Positions 1 through 8,222 of a stretch of 64,000 nt of DNA are shown piece by piece. Position numbers and translations under genes: made by a program. Below the pieces are notes generated by a model that did not search any database, was not told the origin of the DNA, and saw only the letters and a list, made by a program, of their open reading frames with translations. Source of the DNA: Treponema sp. (GTDB lineage: Bacteria; Spirochaetota; Spirochaetia; Treponematales; Breznakiellaceae); assembly GCA_009782495.1 (NCBI GenBank), contig WRIX01000001.1, forward strand, positions 4,583-68,582, read 5' to 3'. Each line of letters begins with the position of its first letter. Within the stretch, counting starts at the first letter, position 1.

Positions 1-78
1 CTAATATAAATTCTTTATATATACATATTAGGATCAATTTGTGAAATTCGTATCCATGACGTTAGGCAAAATGGGGCA

Positions 79-327
79 TTGACAAATGTTAATAAATGGT
101 TTATATTCCATACTTATGGAAAACATCATAAACCGCATATACATGCTGAATATGCAGGAGATGAAATTGCAATATCATTGGATGGTGAAGTTCTTGAAGG
201 ATCAATTCCAAAATCAAAGTTGAAATTAGTTGAAGCATGGATGGAAATTCATCGTGATGATTTAGAGGCAAATTGGAAATTACTTTCTAATGGTGAGCAA
301 TTCTTTAAAATAGAACCATTAAAATAG
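79..327 (+). CDS. DUF4160-family small protein
   Basis: 82-aa ORF. HHKPHIHAEY and LVEAWMEIHRDDLEANW fit my recollection of the DUF4160 signature. No in-frame ATG, so TTG start at 79. Lies in the AT-rich island. Confidence 0.65.
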   Translation: MTNVNKWFIFHTYGKHHKPHIHAEYAGDEIAISLDGEVLEGSIPKSKLKLVEAWMEIHRDDLEANWKLLSNGEQFFKIEPLK

Positions 328-340
328 GATGTAATAAATA

Positions 341-595
341 ATGTTGTGTCCCAAAATAATAAATGTAGAACCTCTTAAAGATTACAATTTAAAGTTAAGT
401 TATGAAACTGGTGAAATAAAATTATTTAATGTTTTACCATATATATCAGGTACATGGTATGAAGAATTACATAATAATAATTATTTTAAAACTGTTCATT
501 TGATTTCAGATGGGCATGGTATTGAATGGGAAAATGGTCAAGATATTGCTCCTCATGAATTATATGATATGAGTATAGTAATAGAAAATAAATAA
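341..595 (+). CDS. DUF2442-family small protein, usual partner of DUF4160
   Basis: 84-aa ORF 13 nt downstream of the previous gene. DYNLKLSYETGEIKLFNV and GIEWENGQDIAPHELY fit the DUF2442 pattern. Confidence 0.65.
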   Translation: MLCPKIINVEPLKDYNLKLSYETGEIKLFNVLPYISGTWYEELHNNNYFKTVHLISDGHGIEWENGQDIAPHELYDMSIVIENK

Positions 596-1027
596 AGTAT
601 AGAATATAAATGGTTTTTTACTTCGCCTAACGAGGTTGCAGAAAAAGCCTCAATGTCGCATAACAAATAGAAAAAGGATCGACACAGAACCACAAAAGAA
701 GTAAAATGACCTATTATGGCACGATTATACAAGATAGTGGCAAAGGGATAAAAGACAAATGAAATAGACTATTTGCGCAGTAATTATAAGAGCCTTTCGG
801 CGGCTAGGCTACACCTAAAACATTTTACGAAACACCACCACAAAGATTTATGAGAGCAGAACATAGCCAACGATGTAAAATTCATCGGAAATAATGGTTT
901 TTGAATTTTCTCCAGTATAATTATCTTCAAAAAACTCAAAAAAGAAGTACTTGCATCTTATTTTAGAATATAATATAAATATAATGTATCAAGTTGTTGG
1001 GGAAAGGGGCTTTTTTTGGCGAAAACT

Positions 1028-2299
1028 ATGGAAAAACAGTATATTTACATCGTTCAAGCACAGTTAGAACCATCAAAATGCAAAATTGGAAAAACAAACG
1101 ACTTAAATCGACGTCTAAAAGAATATAATAGTATAACAGGCAAATCCAAAGAAAATAAATACCAGTATTTATTCTCCTGTGAAGTAAAAAATATGTCTGA
1201 AGTTGAAAATGCTGTAAAAGAAAAGTTTTTTCACCTTAGAGAAGAAACAAGCAAAGAAATTTATTTTTATAATACCGTTCTGTTTAGAGATTATGTTAAT
1301 TTTTTGAAAACCCATAAAATGTTTATTAAAGAAACTTTTATTAAAACAGAAGAAAAAAAAGTCGTAACAAAAATCATAAAAAGAACAGCCCCAACACTTG
1401 AAGACAGGGGAGTAACAAAACGCGATATATTGCAAAAAGCACAAAGGGTAAACAATGACGAATTTTATACAAGATATGAAGATGTAGAAAATGAATTATC
1501 ATTGTATCCAATAAATATTTGGAAAAATAAAACTGTATTCTGCAATTGTGACGACGCTGTTGATGATGATGAAAGAAGTACATCCGCATTTTCTCTATAT
1601 TTTATACATCATTTTCAGCATCTTGGGTTAAAAAAATTAATATGCACACATTATAGCGGTGTAGTGGATTTATTTAATCAAGGTACTAAAGGTTATGTTT
1701 TTACAAAAACAGGTTATAAAGAATTAAAAGAATTTCCGGAAGGTTATGATGGAAGTTTTGAACATCCGTTATCACTAAAAATATTAAAAGAAGAAACGGA
1801 CATAGTATGTACTAATCCGCCATTTTCAAGAGCATCAGACTACTGGAAACTTACAATCGGAAGCGGGAAAAAATTTTTAATTATTTCTAATATAACAAAT
1901 GTTATCACAAAAGCATTTATCCCATATTTTTATAATAAAAAAGTTTGGGCTGGTTTTACTGAAGTAGATTGGTTTTTAACTCCCAAAAGAGAACTTACAC
2001 GAGCGGCAGGTTATTGGTTTACTAATTTTCCAATAAATAACAGACCAAAATATAAACAATTAAAAATTATTCCGCTAAAGGAAATCCCTGAAAAAAATAA
2101 AAAATTTGATGACGGGAAAATATTACTTGTTGATAATTGTTATATTCCAAGCGATTATAAAAAACCTTTTGCGGTTTCTACCCGACCTATATTAAATGGT
2201 TTATTGGAAAAAGGATATAGACTTATTGAAGATAAAGAATATTATCCTTATAAAAACGGTAAAAAATGTTTTGCCAGAGTTTTGGTACAGAAGGAATAA
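1028..2299 (+). CDS. Fusion protein: N-terminal T5orf172/GIY-YIG-like domain plus C-terminal EcoRI-family N6-adenine DNA methyltransferase
   Basis: ATG at 1028 (track ORF begins at TTG 1016). N-terminus: YIYIVQ...KIGKTNDLNRRLKEYN. C-terminus: NDEFYTRYEDVE, FCNCDD, LGLKKLI, and DIVCTNPPFS (motif IV NPPF). Confidence 0.75.
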   Translation: MEKQYIYIVQAQLEPSKCKIGKTNDLNRRLKEYNSITGKSKENKYQYLFSCEVKNMSEVENAVKEKFFHLREETSKEIYFYNTVLFRDYVNFLKTHKMFIKETFIKTEEKKVVTKIIKRTAPTLEDRGVTKRDILQKAQRVNNDEFYTRYEDVENELSLYPINIWKNKTVFCNCDDAVDDDERSTSAFSLYFIHHFQHLGLKKLICTHYSGVVDLFNQGTKGYVFTKTGYKELKEFPEGYDGSFEHPLSLKILKEETDIVCTNPPFSRASDYWKLTIGSGKKFLIISNITNVITKAFIPYFYNKKVWAGFTEVDWFLTPKRELTRAAGYWFTNFPINNRPKYKQLKIIPLKEIPEKNKKFDDGKILLVDNCYIPSDYKKPFAVSTRPILNGLLEKGYRLIEDKEYYPYKNGKKCFARVLVQKE

Positions 2300-2345
2300 T
2301 AAAAAGTATATTCAAAATTATAAAATAAATAATCGGAGGAAATTT

Positions 2346-3029
2346 ATGATAAATGTTACAAAAGATTGGAATAATAAACAGAAAAATTTAAAAGTATATC
2401 TGCTTAATCAAAAAACCTTTATTAAGGGTAAGAATTTATTATTGGAAATGCATAGTCTATTACATGATAAAAAAGTATATAATACTAGTATAGAAACAAT
2501 TTATGATAATTTATGGGATAATTTACAGGAAAAAACTTGTAAAATCATCTCAAACAAAGAAACATCAATAATATGGAATATATGGCATATTACCCGGATA
2601 GAGGACATCATCTCTAATATAATAATGGGGAATAAAGAAACAATATTCAATAAAGAAATTCAAGGAAAATTGAATATAAAAATAAAGGACACTGGAAATG
2701 CAATGGCATATTCTGATATAGAATTACTCAATAAAAATATAAACATAAAAGCTCTAAAAGAATATAGGGTTAAAGTTGGAAAATCTACTAGAAAGATAAT
2801 TGAATCTCTTGAATATAACGATATGAAAATAAAAGTGACAAAAGAACAACTAGAAAAAATAAAGCAAAACGGTGGTGTAACAAATGATTCAAAATCAATA
2901 TGGTTATTGGACTTTTGGGGAAGAAAGAATATATTTGGATTAATAATGATGCCGATAACAAGACATCAAACAGTGCATTTAAATGATAGTTTCAAAATAA
3001 AACAAAAGAACAATAACAGACTGCCTTAA
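2346..3029 (+). CDS. Hypothetical protein, weakly DinB-like
   Basis: ATG 2346 preceded by GGAGGA at 2335-2340. The track ORF from 2196 overlaps the previous gene. His-containing helices EMHSLLH, WHITRIED and TRHQTVH resemble a DinB-type metal triad, but the resemblance is weak. Confidence 0.5.
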   Translation: MINVTKDWNNKQKNLKVYLLNQKTFIKGKNLLLEMHSLLHDKKVYNTSIETIYDNLWDNLQEKTCKIISNKETSIIWNIWHITRIEDIISNIIMGNKETIFNKEIQGKLNIKIKDTGNAMAYSDIELLNKNINIKALKEYRVKVGKSTRKIIESLEYNDMKIKVTKEQLEKIKQNGGVTNDSKSIWLLDFWGRKNIFGLIMMPITRHQTVHLNDSFKIKQKNNNRLP

Positions 3030-3911
3030 TCAACCAAGCAATCCCATCTTATCCATTACAAGAACCGCCGCTGCTGTGCATGCTGTCTCGGTGCGGAGAG
3101 CCCGCTTTCCCAGTGAAAGCCGGAGAAAGCCTGCACTTTCAAGTTGTTCCCGTTCCCTGTTACTCCAGCCCCGTTCTGAACCAACTGCCAGGACTGCCTC
3201 TGTGTCTTTTTGGAACGGCTTCAATTCGGAAAAACTACCCCGGGGACTTACATTATCTGCTGCCAATAAAACAATATTTGGAGTAATTTTCGGTAACTTA
3301 TTTTCTAAAGACCCCTCATAAAGACACGGAGGTACGGAGGGATGCGGGTAATTTGAGAATTCAGTGTTACTCTTTGTGCCTTGGCGTCTTTGCAAGAGGT
3401 CTTTCTGCAACCAGGTATTCAGACTTGAATAAACTGCCAATTCGGGAAGCCGTGTATCACGGGCCTGGATTGCTCCTTCGACAAGGGCAGCGTGAGCGCC
3501 GCCGTCATCAAGCAGTTTTGTGTCCCTGTAACTTTTCTCTCCAAGTTCAGTTGCTATCAAATCTACAGCGGCCAAGCCCAGACTGGAGCAGTCCCGCAGC
3601 AAGCGCCGAAGCTGAATTGGTCTGGGGAATCCCACGCCGAGACGCAAGGGTGTTCTGGAAGGAGGATCCGTATCCAGATTAAGAACAGCACGTAATCCTG
3701 TAGCGGTAATTTCGCTTATTACGCCGTTTCCGGTTTTTCCGCCAAGTACACCGGCATCAAAACTACTGCCAACTGTTTTATGAAGCACTTTAAGCAGATG
3801 TACTGCCCGTTCATCGTGACGGGACAGAAAAACAGTAACTTCTGCACACTCAGCTTTTGCTGGGTATTCTTCAATGCAGAGTTCCGAATCGTTAAAGAGT
3901 ATCAGGTTCAC
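3030..3911 (-). CDS. rsmE: 16S rRNA (uracil1498-N3)-methyltransferase RsmE
   Basis: C-terminal VGSERGWSNREREQLESAGF...LGKRALRTETA is the RsmE signature. GTG at 3911 gives an MNLILF-type N-terminus and avoids overlap with the divergent gene. The track ORF extends to ATG 3968. Confidence 0.8.
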   Translation of the reverse strand: MNLILFNDSELCIEEYPAKAECAEVTVFLSRHDERAVHLLKVLHKTVGSSFDAGVLGGKTGNGVISEITATGLRAVLNLDTDPPSRTPLRLGVGFPRPIQLRRLLRDCSSLGLAAVDLIATELGEKSYRDTKLLDDGGAHAALVEGAIQARDTRLPELAVYSSLNTWLQKDLLQRRQGTKSNTEFSNYPHPSVPPCLYEGSLENKLPKITPNIVLLAADNVSPRGSFSELKPFQKDTEAVLAVGSERGWSNREREQLESAGFLRLSLGKRALRTETACTAAAVLVMDKMGLLG

Positions 3912-3947
3912 GTTATTGATCTGTGAATTTACCACAAGGGAAAAAAG

Positions 3948-5075
3948 ATGTATAGTAAGATAATGCAAAAGATCTACTCATTCTTTCTATTGATTTTTCC
4001 TTCTCTGTTCTCAGCTGTATTTATAATAATACTGCTGCTGCTTTTATCCGGTTGTTATACCCTTAAACAGGGAACAACAATGCTGGGATACCTGGGTAAA
4101 GCTGTACCGCTCGAAGAACTGGAAAAGACCAAGGGAAAAGAAAGTGAAGAAGCAGCTTTTGTAAAACAGGTAACAGACATACGCCGTTTTGCAATGGAAG
4201 AACTGGGATTAAAGGCAAGCAAAAACTATACCCGCTATGTTGAATTGGATCGCAATTATCTGGCAGCGGTGGTTTCCGCCTGTGCCGCAGATTCATTTAC
4301 ACGCCATGAATGGACTTTTCCCGTAGTAGGAACCGTACCGTACAAGGGATTTTTTAATCCAAAAGATGCACAGAAAGAAGCGTCAAAACTAAAAGCCGAA
4401 GGACTGGACGTGTGGATTAGACCGGTTGATGCTTTTAGTACATTGGGCTGGTTTAAAGATCCGCTCTATTCGTATATGAAGAATTATTCCGTTTATCAGC
4501 TTGCAGACCTAATCATCCATGAATTGTTTCATGCCACTGCTTTTGTTAAAGGCAGAGTAGAGTTTAACGAACAACTGGCCGAATTTGTCGGTACTCACGG
4601 CGCCCGGCTTTATATCATTAACCGCTTTGGAATTAATTCACCTGAATACTTATCAATAAGCGATGGGGAGGATGATTACAGGGTTTTTCGGGAATTCCTT
4701 TTTAAACTGGGTGCAGAACTGCAAAACCTTTATTCAAGAAATGATATCAAGAGAGAAGAAAAACTTATTCAAAAAGACTTAATCATTAAGACTGCACAGG
4801 AACGATTTGAAGCAGAATACAAAAGCCGTTTTCAGAGTGACAAGTACCGGGGTTTTTCAAAAATGCCGATTAACAACGCATATCTGGATTTGTACCGTCT
4901 TTACCATGAAGAAGATAACTTTTTTTCCGATCTGTATAAAAAAATTCCTATTGAGGACGATATGCAAAAACTGCAGGTTCTGATAACTGCAGCGGCAGCT
5001 CTTAATAAATCGCGGGAAGCCAGGAAAGATCCCCGTGCTGAATTACAAAAACAACTGCAATTCCATATAATGTAA
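3948..5075 (+). CDS. Predicted aminopeptidase lipoprotein (PF10023-like, HExxH)
   Basis: Lipobox LLLSGC. TRYVELDRNY, STLGWFKDP and IHELFHAT...FNEQLAEFVG match the predicted-aminopeptidase family. Confidence 0.8.
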   Translation: MYSKIMQKIYSFFLLIFPSLFSAVFIIILLLLLSGCYTLKQGTTMLGYLGKAVPLEELEKTKGKESEEAAFVKQVTDIRRFAMEELGLKASKNYTRYVELDRNYLAAVVSACAADSFTRHEWTFPVVGTVPYKGFFNPKDAQKEASKLKAEGLDVWIRPVDAFSTLGWFKDPLYSYMKNYSVYQLADLIIHELFHATAFVKGRVEFNEQLAEFVGTHGARLYIINRFGINSPEYLSISDGEDDYRVFREFLFKLGAELQNLYSRNDIKREEKLIQKDLIIKTAQERFEAEYKSRFQSDKYRGFSKMPINNAYLDLYRLYHEEDNFFSDLYKKIPIEDDMQKLQVLITAAAALNKSREARKDPRAELQKQLQFHIM

Positions 5076-5141
5076 GTTATTGATTTTTTTCAATATATAT
5101 TGTATAGCTTATATGTGAATAAAATTCTTTATGAAAAAATA

Positions 5142-6656
5142 ATGGAGGCCTTTTCTTCTGTTCTTCCCATTACCATAATTGTTCTGATAGCCAGTGTCGT
5201 TCTTACGCCCATGCCGTCAGGGACGATTCTGATGTTCCTGTTCGGCGCATTCCTTCTTATTCTTGGAATGGGTTTCTTTACCCTGGGAGCAGACATGGCC
5301 ATGATGCCTATGGGCGAAGGCATTGGCATTCAGCTTACCAAAAGTTCAAAAATTCTGATTATCATTATTGTTAGTTTTGTGATGGGCATAGTTATTACCA
5401 TTGCCGAACCGGATTTACAGGTATTGGCATTGCAGGTTCCCTCTATTCCGTCCAAAGTTCTGATTCTTACTGTTGCAACAGGAGTAGGGTTCTTCCTGGT
5501 TATTGCCGTTTTGCGATCTCTGCTAAAAATCCGGTTATCATATTTGCTGGTATTTTTTTATTTAATAACTTTTGGGTTGGCTTTTTTTGCCCTGGATGCA
5601 TTTGTTCCTGTAGCTTTTGATTCCGGCGGCGTTACTACCGGCCCGATTGCCGTTCCTTTTATTCTGGCAATGGGCGCGGGTATTGCATCGATCAGGAGCG
5701 ACAAAGACTCCAAAGACGATAGTTTTGGCATGGTTGCCTTGTGCAGCGTTGGACCCATTATGGCTGTGCTCCTTCTGGGTATTTTTTATAAACCCCAATC
5801 AGCAGAACTGGAAACTCATCGCATTGTTGAAGCAGCTACTTCCCGTGATGTATTTACGCATTTTGCCGTTGAACTGCCGGTTTTTCTTAAAGAAGTATCC
5901 ATTGCTTTGGCAGTTATTGTATTTTTCTTTATTGTACTCCAGCTGGTTTCCAGGCGCTTTAAGAAACATCAGCTTGGCCGTATTGCAGTAGGTTTTTTTT
6001 ACACACTGTTGGGTCTGGTAATTTTTTTAACCGGAGTTAACGTTGGTTTTATTCCTGTAGGACACCTTTTGGGTTTACAGCTTGCGGCTTCTCCGTTCAA
6101 GTGGATTTTGGTTCCCCTGGGAACATTGGTCGGCTATTTTATTGTAGCGGCAGAACCGGCGGTTCATGTACTCAACAAACAGGTAGAAGAAATATCTTCC
6201 GGCACTATTACCCAGAAAATCATGAACAGGGGATTAGCCATTGGAATGGCCGGGGCGCTGACAATTACCATGATTCGGATACTGCTGAGTATCCCCATAA
6301 TGTACATTTTAATCCCCGGTTATACTATCGCAATTGCCTTAACCTTTTTTGTACCCCGAATTTTTACCGGTATTGCCTTTGACTCCGGCGGTGTATGTTC
6401 CGGCCCCATGAGTACCACATTTCTGTTACCTCTGGCAATGGGAACTTCCGAAGGCGCAGGCAGAGATTTAATGATCGACGCATTCGGAATTGTAGCTATG
6501 GTTGCCATGACGCCCCTTATTGTTATTCAGCTAATGGGGCTGATATACCAAAGGAAACAAAAGAGTTCTGAAGAGCTATCCAGAGATGAATTGCTGGCTA
6601 TGGTTCATAAAGATACCAGGGTGATTGTTGTTTATAATTATGAGGAAAGAGTGTGA
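5142..6656 (+). CDS. DUF1538 family membrane protein (two repeats)
   Basis: Polytopic protein. FDSGGVTTGPIAVPFILAMG and FDSGGVCSGPMSTTFLLPLAMG are the repeated DUF1538 motif. First in-frame ATG is 5142; the track ORF starts at TTG 5100. Confidence 0.8.
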   Translation: MEAFSSVLPITIIVLIASVVLTPMPSGTILMFLFGAFLLILGMGFFTLGADMAMMPMGEGIGIQLTKSSKILIIIIVSFVMGIVITIAEPDLQVLALQVPSIPSKVLILTVATGVGFFLVIAVLRSLLKIRLSYLLVFFYLITFGLAFFALDAFVPVAFDSGGVTTGPIAVPFILAMGAGIASIRSDKDSKDDSFGMVALCSVGPIMAVLLLGIFYKPQSAELETHRIVEAATSRDVFTHFAVELPVFLKEVSIALAVIVFFFIVLQLVSRRFKKHQLGRIAVGFFYTLLGLVIFLTGVNVGFIPVGHLLGLQLAASPFKWILVPLGTLVGYFIVAAEPAVHVLNKQVEEISSGTITQKIMNRGLAIGMAGALTITMIRILLSIPIMYILIPGYTIAIALTFFVPRIFTGIAFDSGGVCSGPMSTTFLLPLAMGTSEGAGRDLMIDAFGIVAMVAMTPLIVIQLMGLIYQRKQKSSEELSRDELLAMVHKDTRVIVVYNYEERV

Positions 6657-6732
6657 GGTCCTTCAGCCTGCGGTTTGCGTCCCCCGAGCGCAAAGATATT
6701 ATTATAGTTCGCTGCCAGGAGGCAGCGTGTGC
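6657..6732 (+). repeat. Copy A of a ~70-nt two-hairpin repeat; it fills the whole DUF1538 / P-II-like intercistronic spacer
   Basis: AGCGCAAAGATATTATTATAGTTCGCTGCCAGGAGGCAGCGTGTGC followed by ATG at 6733. Near-identical cores occur at 17900-17965 and 57220-57303 (minus strand). Confidence 0.8.
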
Positions 6733-7575
6733 ATGAAGAAGAAAGAAGCTCCTCCGCCGAAAAAGGAAAAAACCAGCGCCTACAAAAAAATCCTGTTGGC
6801 GTTAAAGAAAAAAAAGGGAGAAGATCCCGGTCAAAAAAAAGACGATGAAACCGGCGGAATGCCCGCTACTCCAAATATGCCGGTTCTTGATTGTATTTTT
6901 TTTATTCTGGACAGATCAAAATCAAAACATATTTCGGAAATTATGGACGATTCCCATGTCCGCTTTCATTTTGTCTGCCAGGGCAGGGGTACTGCCAGCT
7001 CGGAAGTACTCGATCTTTTGGGAATAGGTTTCAGCGAGAAAGCTGTTGTTATATGCCTGGAACAAAACCTTATGGTGCCAATACTCATTAAGCGGGTAAG
7101 TAAAAGTCTGGGGCTCAACAATCCCGGAGCGGGGATTGCCTTTACCGTACCGCTTTCGGGGATCAATAAGCCTATACTTCAGGTGTTCAAAGACAGCATC
7201 CATAAGAATATCAGTGATGAAGAAAAGAAAGAAACCAGGGATGGAAAGGATACCAAAATGAATCAGAAAAAGCATGATCTTATCGTAGTTGTAACAAACC
7301 AGGGTTATAGCGATGAATTAATGGCCTGTGCCAAAGAAGCCGGCGCTTCCGGCGGCACGGTTATTAACGCCAGAGGGCTGATTCACCAGGGGCCGGTTAA
7401 GGTTTTTGGAGTTACAGTGCAGGAAGAGAAAGAAATTATTTTAATCCTGACAAACCGGAGCAAACAGGTACCTATTATGCAGGCAGTAAGCCAAAAATTC
7501 GGCCTGGCATCCGAGGCCCGGAGCATTGTATTCAGCCTCCCGGCGGAAAATATTACCGGTTTAGACCTGGATTAG
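6733..7575 (+). CDS. P-II-like (nitrogen regulatory protein P-II family) protein with a Lys/Pro-rich N-terminal extension
   Basis: ATG 6733 after AGGAGG. GASGGTVINARG and the DUF1538 neighbourhood are typical of this family. The sequence appears to contain two P-II-like halves. Confidence 0.65.
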   Translation: MKKKEAPPPKKEKTSAYKKILLALKKKKGEDPGQKKDDETGGMPATPNMPVLDCIFFILDRSKSKHISEIMDDSHVRFHFVCQGRGTASSEVLDLLGIGFSEKAVVICLEQNLMVPILIKRVSKSLGLNNPGAGIAFTVPLSGINKPILQVFKDSIHKNISDEEKKETRDGKDTKMNQKKHDLIVVVTNQGYSDELMACAKEAGASGGTVINARGLIHQGPVKVFGVTVQEEKEIILILTNRSKQVPIMQAVSQKFGLASEARSIVFSLPAENITGLDLD

Positions 7576-7654
7576 CCGCAAAAAGCTAATTTTTTAATAA
7601 AAACCCTTGTTTTTTTGCCAATAGTCTTGCATAGTTACTATTGGAGGAACAATA

Positions 7655-8128
7655 ATGAAAAAAAATGTTATCTATGGTTTACTCATTATTACCTTAAGCA
7701 TCCTGGTATTTGCCGCCTGCGGCGGAACGCCTACTCCAAAACCCGAGCCGGCGGCTAAATCGACGCCTGAAACACCGCCGCCTGCGACAGGTGTTGGAAA
7801 TTCAATCCTGGATCTTACAGGTGCAACAAATTACACGGTTGTTCAGGGCGATACTCTTTCTGAAATTGCTGCAAGAAAGTATGGCGGGTCGAATATGTAT
7901 TTCTTCCCCCTTATCAGGCTTGCCAATGAGGAAGCTGTTCCAAATCCCGATGAGATTGAAGTGGGTACTGTTCTTGTTATCCCCGAGCTTTCCCGGAATT
8001 TGGATAACCCGGGAGCTAATGGATTGATGCGGGTAGATATGCTTAGAGCTGCAGATCAGTATGATAGGCAAGGCAAACCTGCTGCTGCTCAAGAACTAAG
8101 AAACCTGGCTACAAGGCTCTCTCGGTAG
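7655..8128 (+). CDS. LysM domain lipoprotein
   Basis: Signal peptide with lipobox FAACGG. LysM motif YTVVQGDTLSEIAARKYG. Confidence 0.8.
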   Translation: MKKNVIYGLLIITLSILVFAACGGTPTPKPEPAAKSTPETPPPATGVGNSILDLTGATNYTVVQGDTLSEIAARKYGGSNMYFFPLIRLANEEAVPNPDEIEVGTVLVIPELSRNLDNPGANGLMRVDMLRAADQYDRQGKPAAAQELRNLATRLSR

Positions 8129-8150
8129 TAGACTGCTTTTTCTGCAGATC

Positions 8151-8196
8151 CCCTCTGTAATGCTGCAAAGCGGCTCTTTACAGAGGGTTTTTTTTT
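8151..8196 (+). terminator. Rho-independent terminator
   Basis: 10-bp stem CCCTCTGTAA (8151-8160) / TTACAGAGGG (8178-8187), followed by T9. Confidence 0.85.
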
Positions 8197-8222
8197 AATT
8201 ATTATTGAAATAAGAGGTACGT

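Noticed and set aside
782-830. Possible fourth, degenerate copy of the two-hairpin repeat (TGCGCAGTAATTATAAGAGCCTTTCGGCGGC)
   Set aside because: Only short patchy similarity (GCGCAG, ATTAT, a small GCC/GGC hairpin). Not convincing without a statistical alignment.
951-985. Sigma-70 promoter for the methyltransferase fusion (TTGCAT with TATAAT boxes)
   Set aside because: Spacers to the two TATAAT boxes are 12 and 23 nt. Neither is compatible with a standard promoter.
1169-1589. Minus-strand ORFs of 91 and 71 aa inside the methyltransferase fusion gene
   Set aside because: Low-complexity Phe/Cys/Lys-rich translations, antisense to a gene with clear motifs. Typical shadow ORFs in AT-rich DNA.
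2196-2345. N-terminal extension of the 2196-3029 ORF
   Set aside because: It overlaps the 3' end of the methyltransferase gene in another frame. A strong GGAGGA plus ATG at 2346 gives a cleaner start.
3076-3695. Several plus-strand ORFs (60-109 aa) antisense to rsmE
   Set aside because: Arg/Ser/Pro-rich translations with no motifs. The minus frame carries the RsmE signature.
6625-6732. Upstream extension of the P-II-like ORF overlapping the DUF1538 gene end
   Set aside because: The extension merely reads through the repeat element, which has no stop in that frame. AGGAGG plus ATG 6733 is the likely start.
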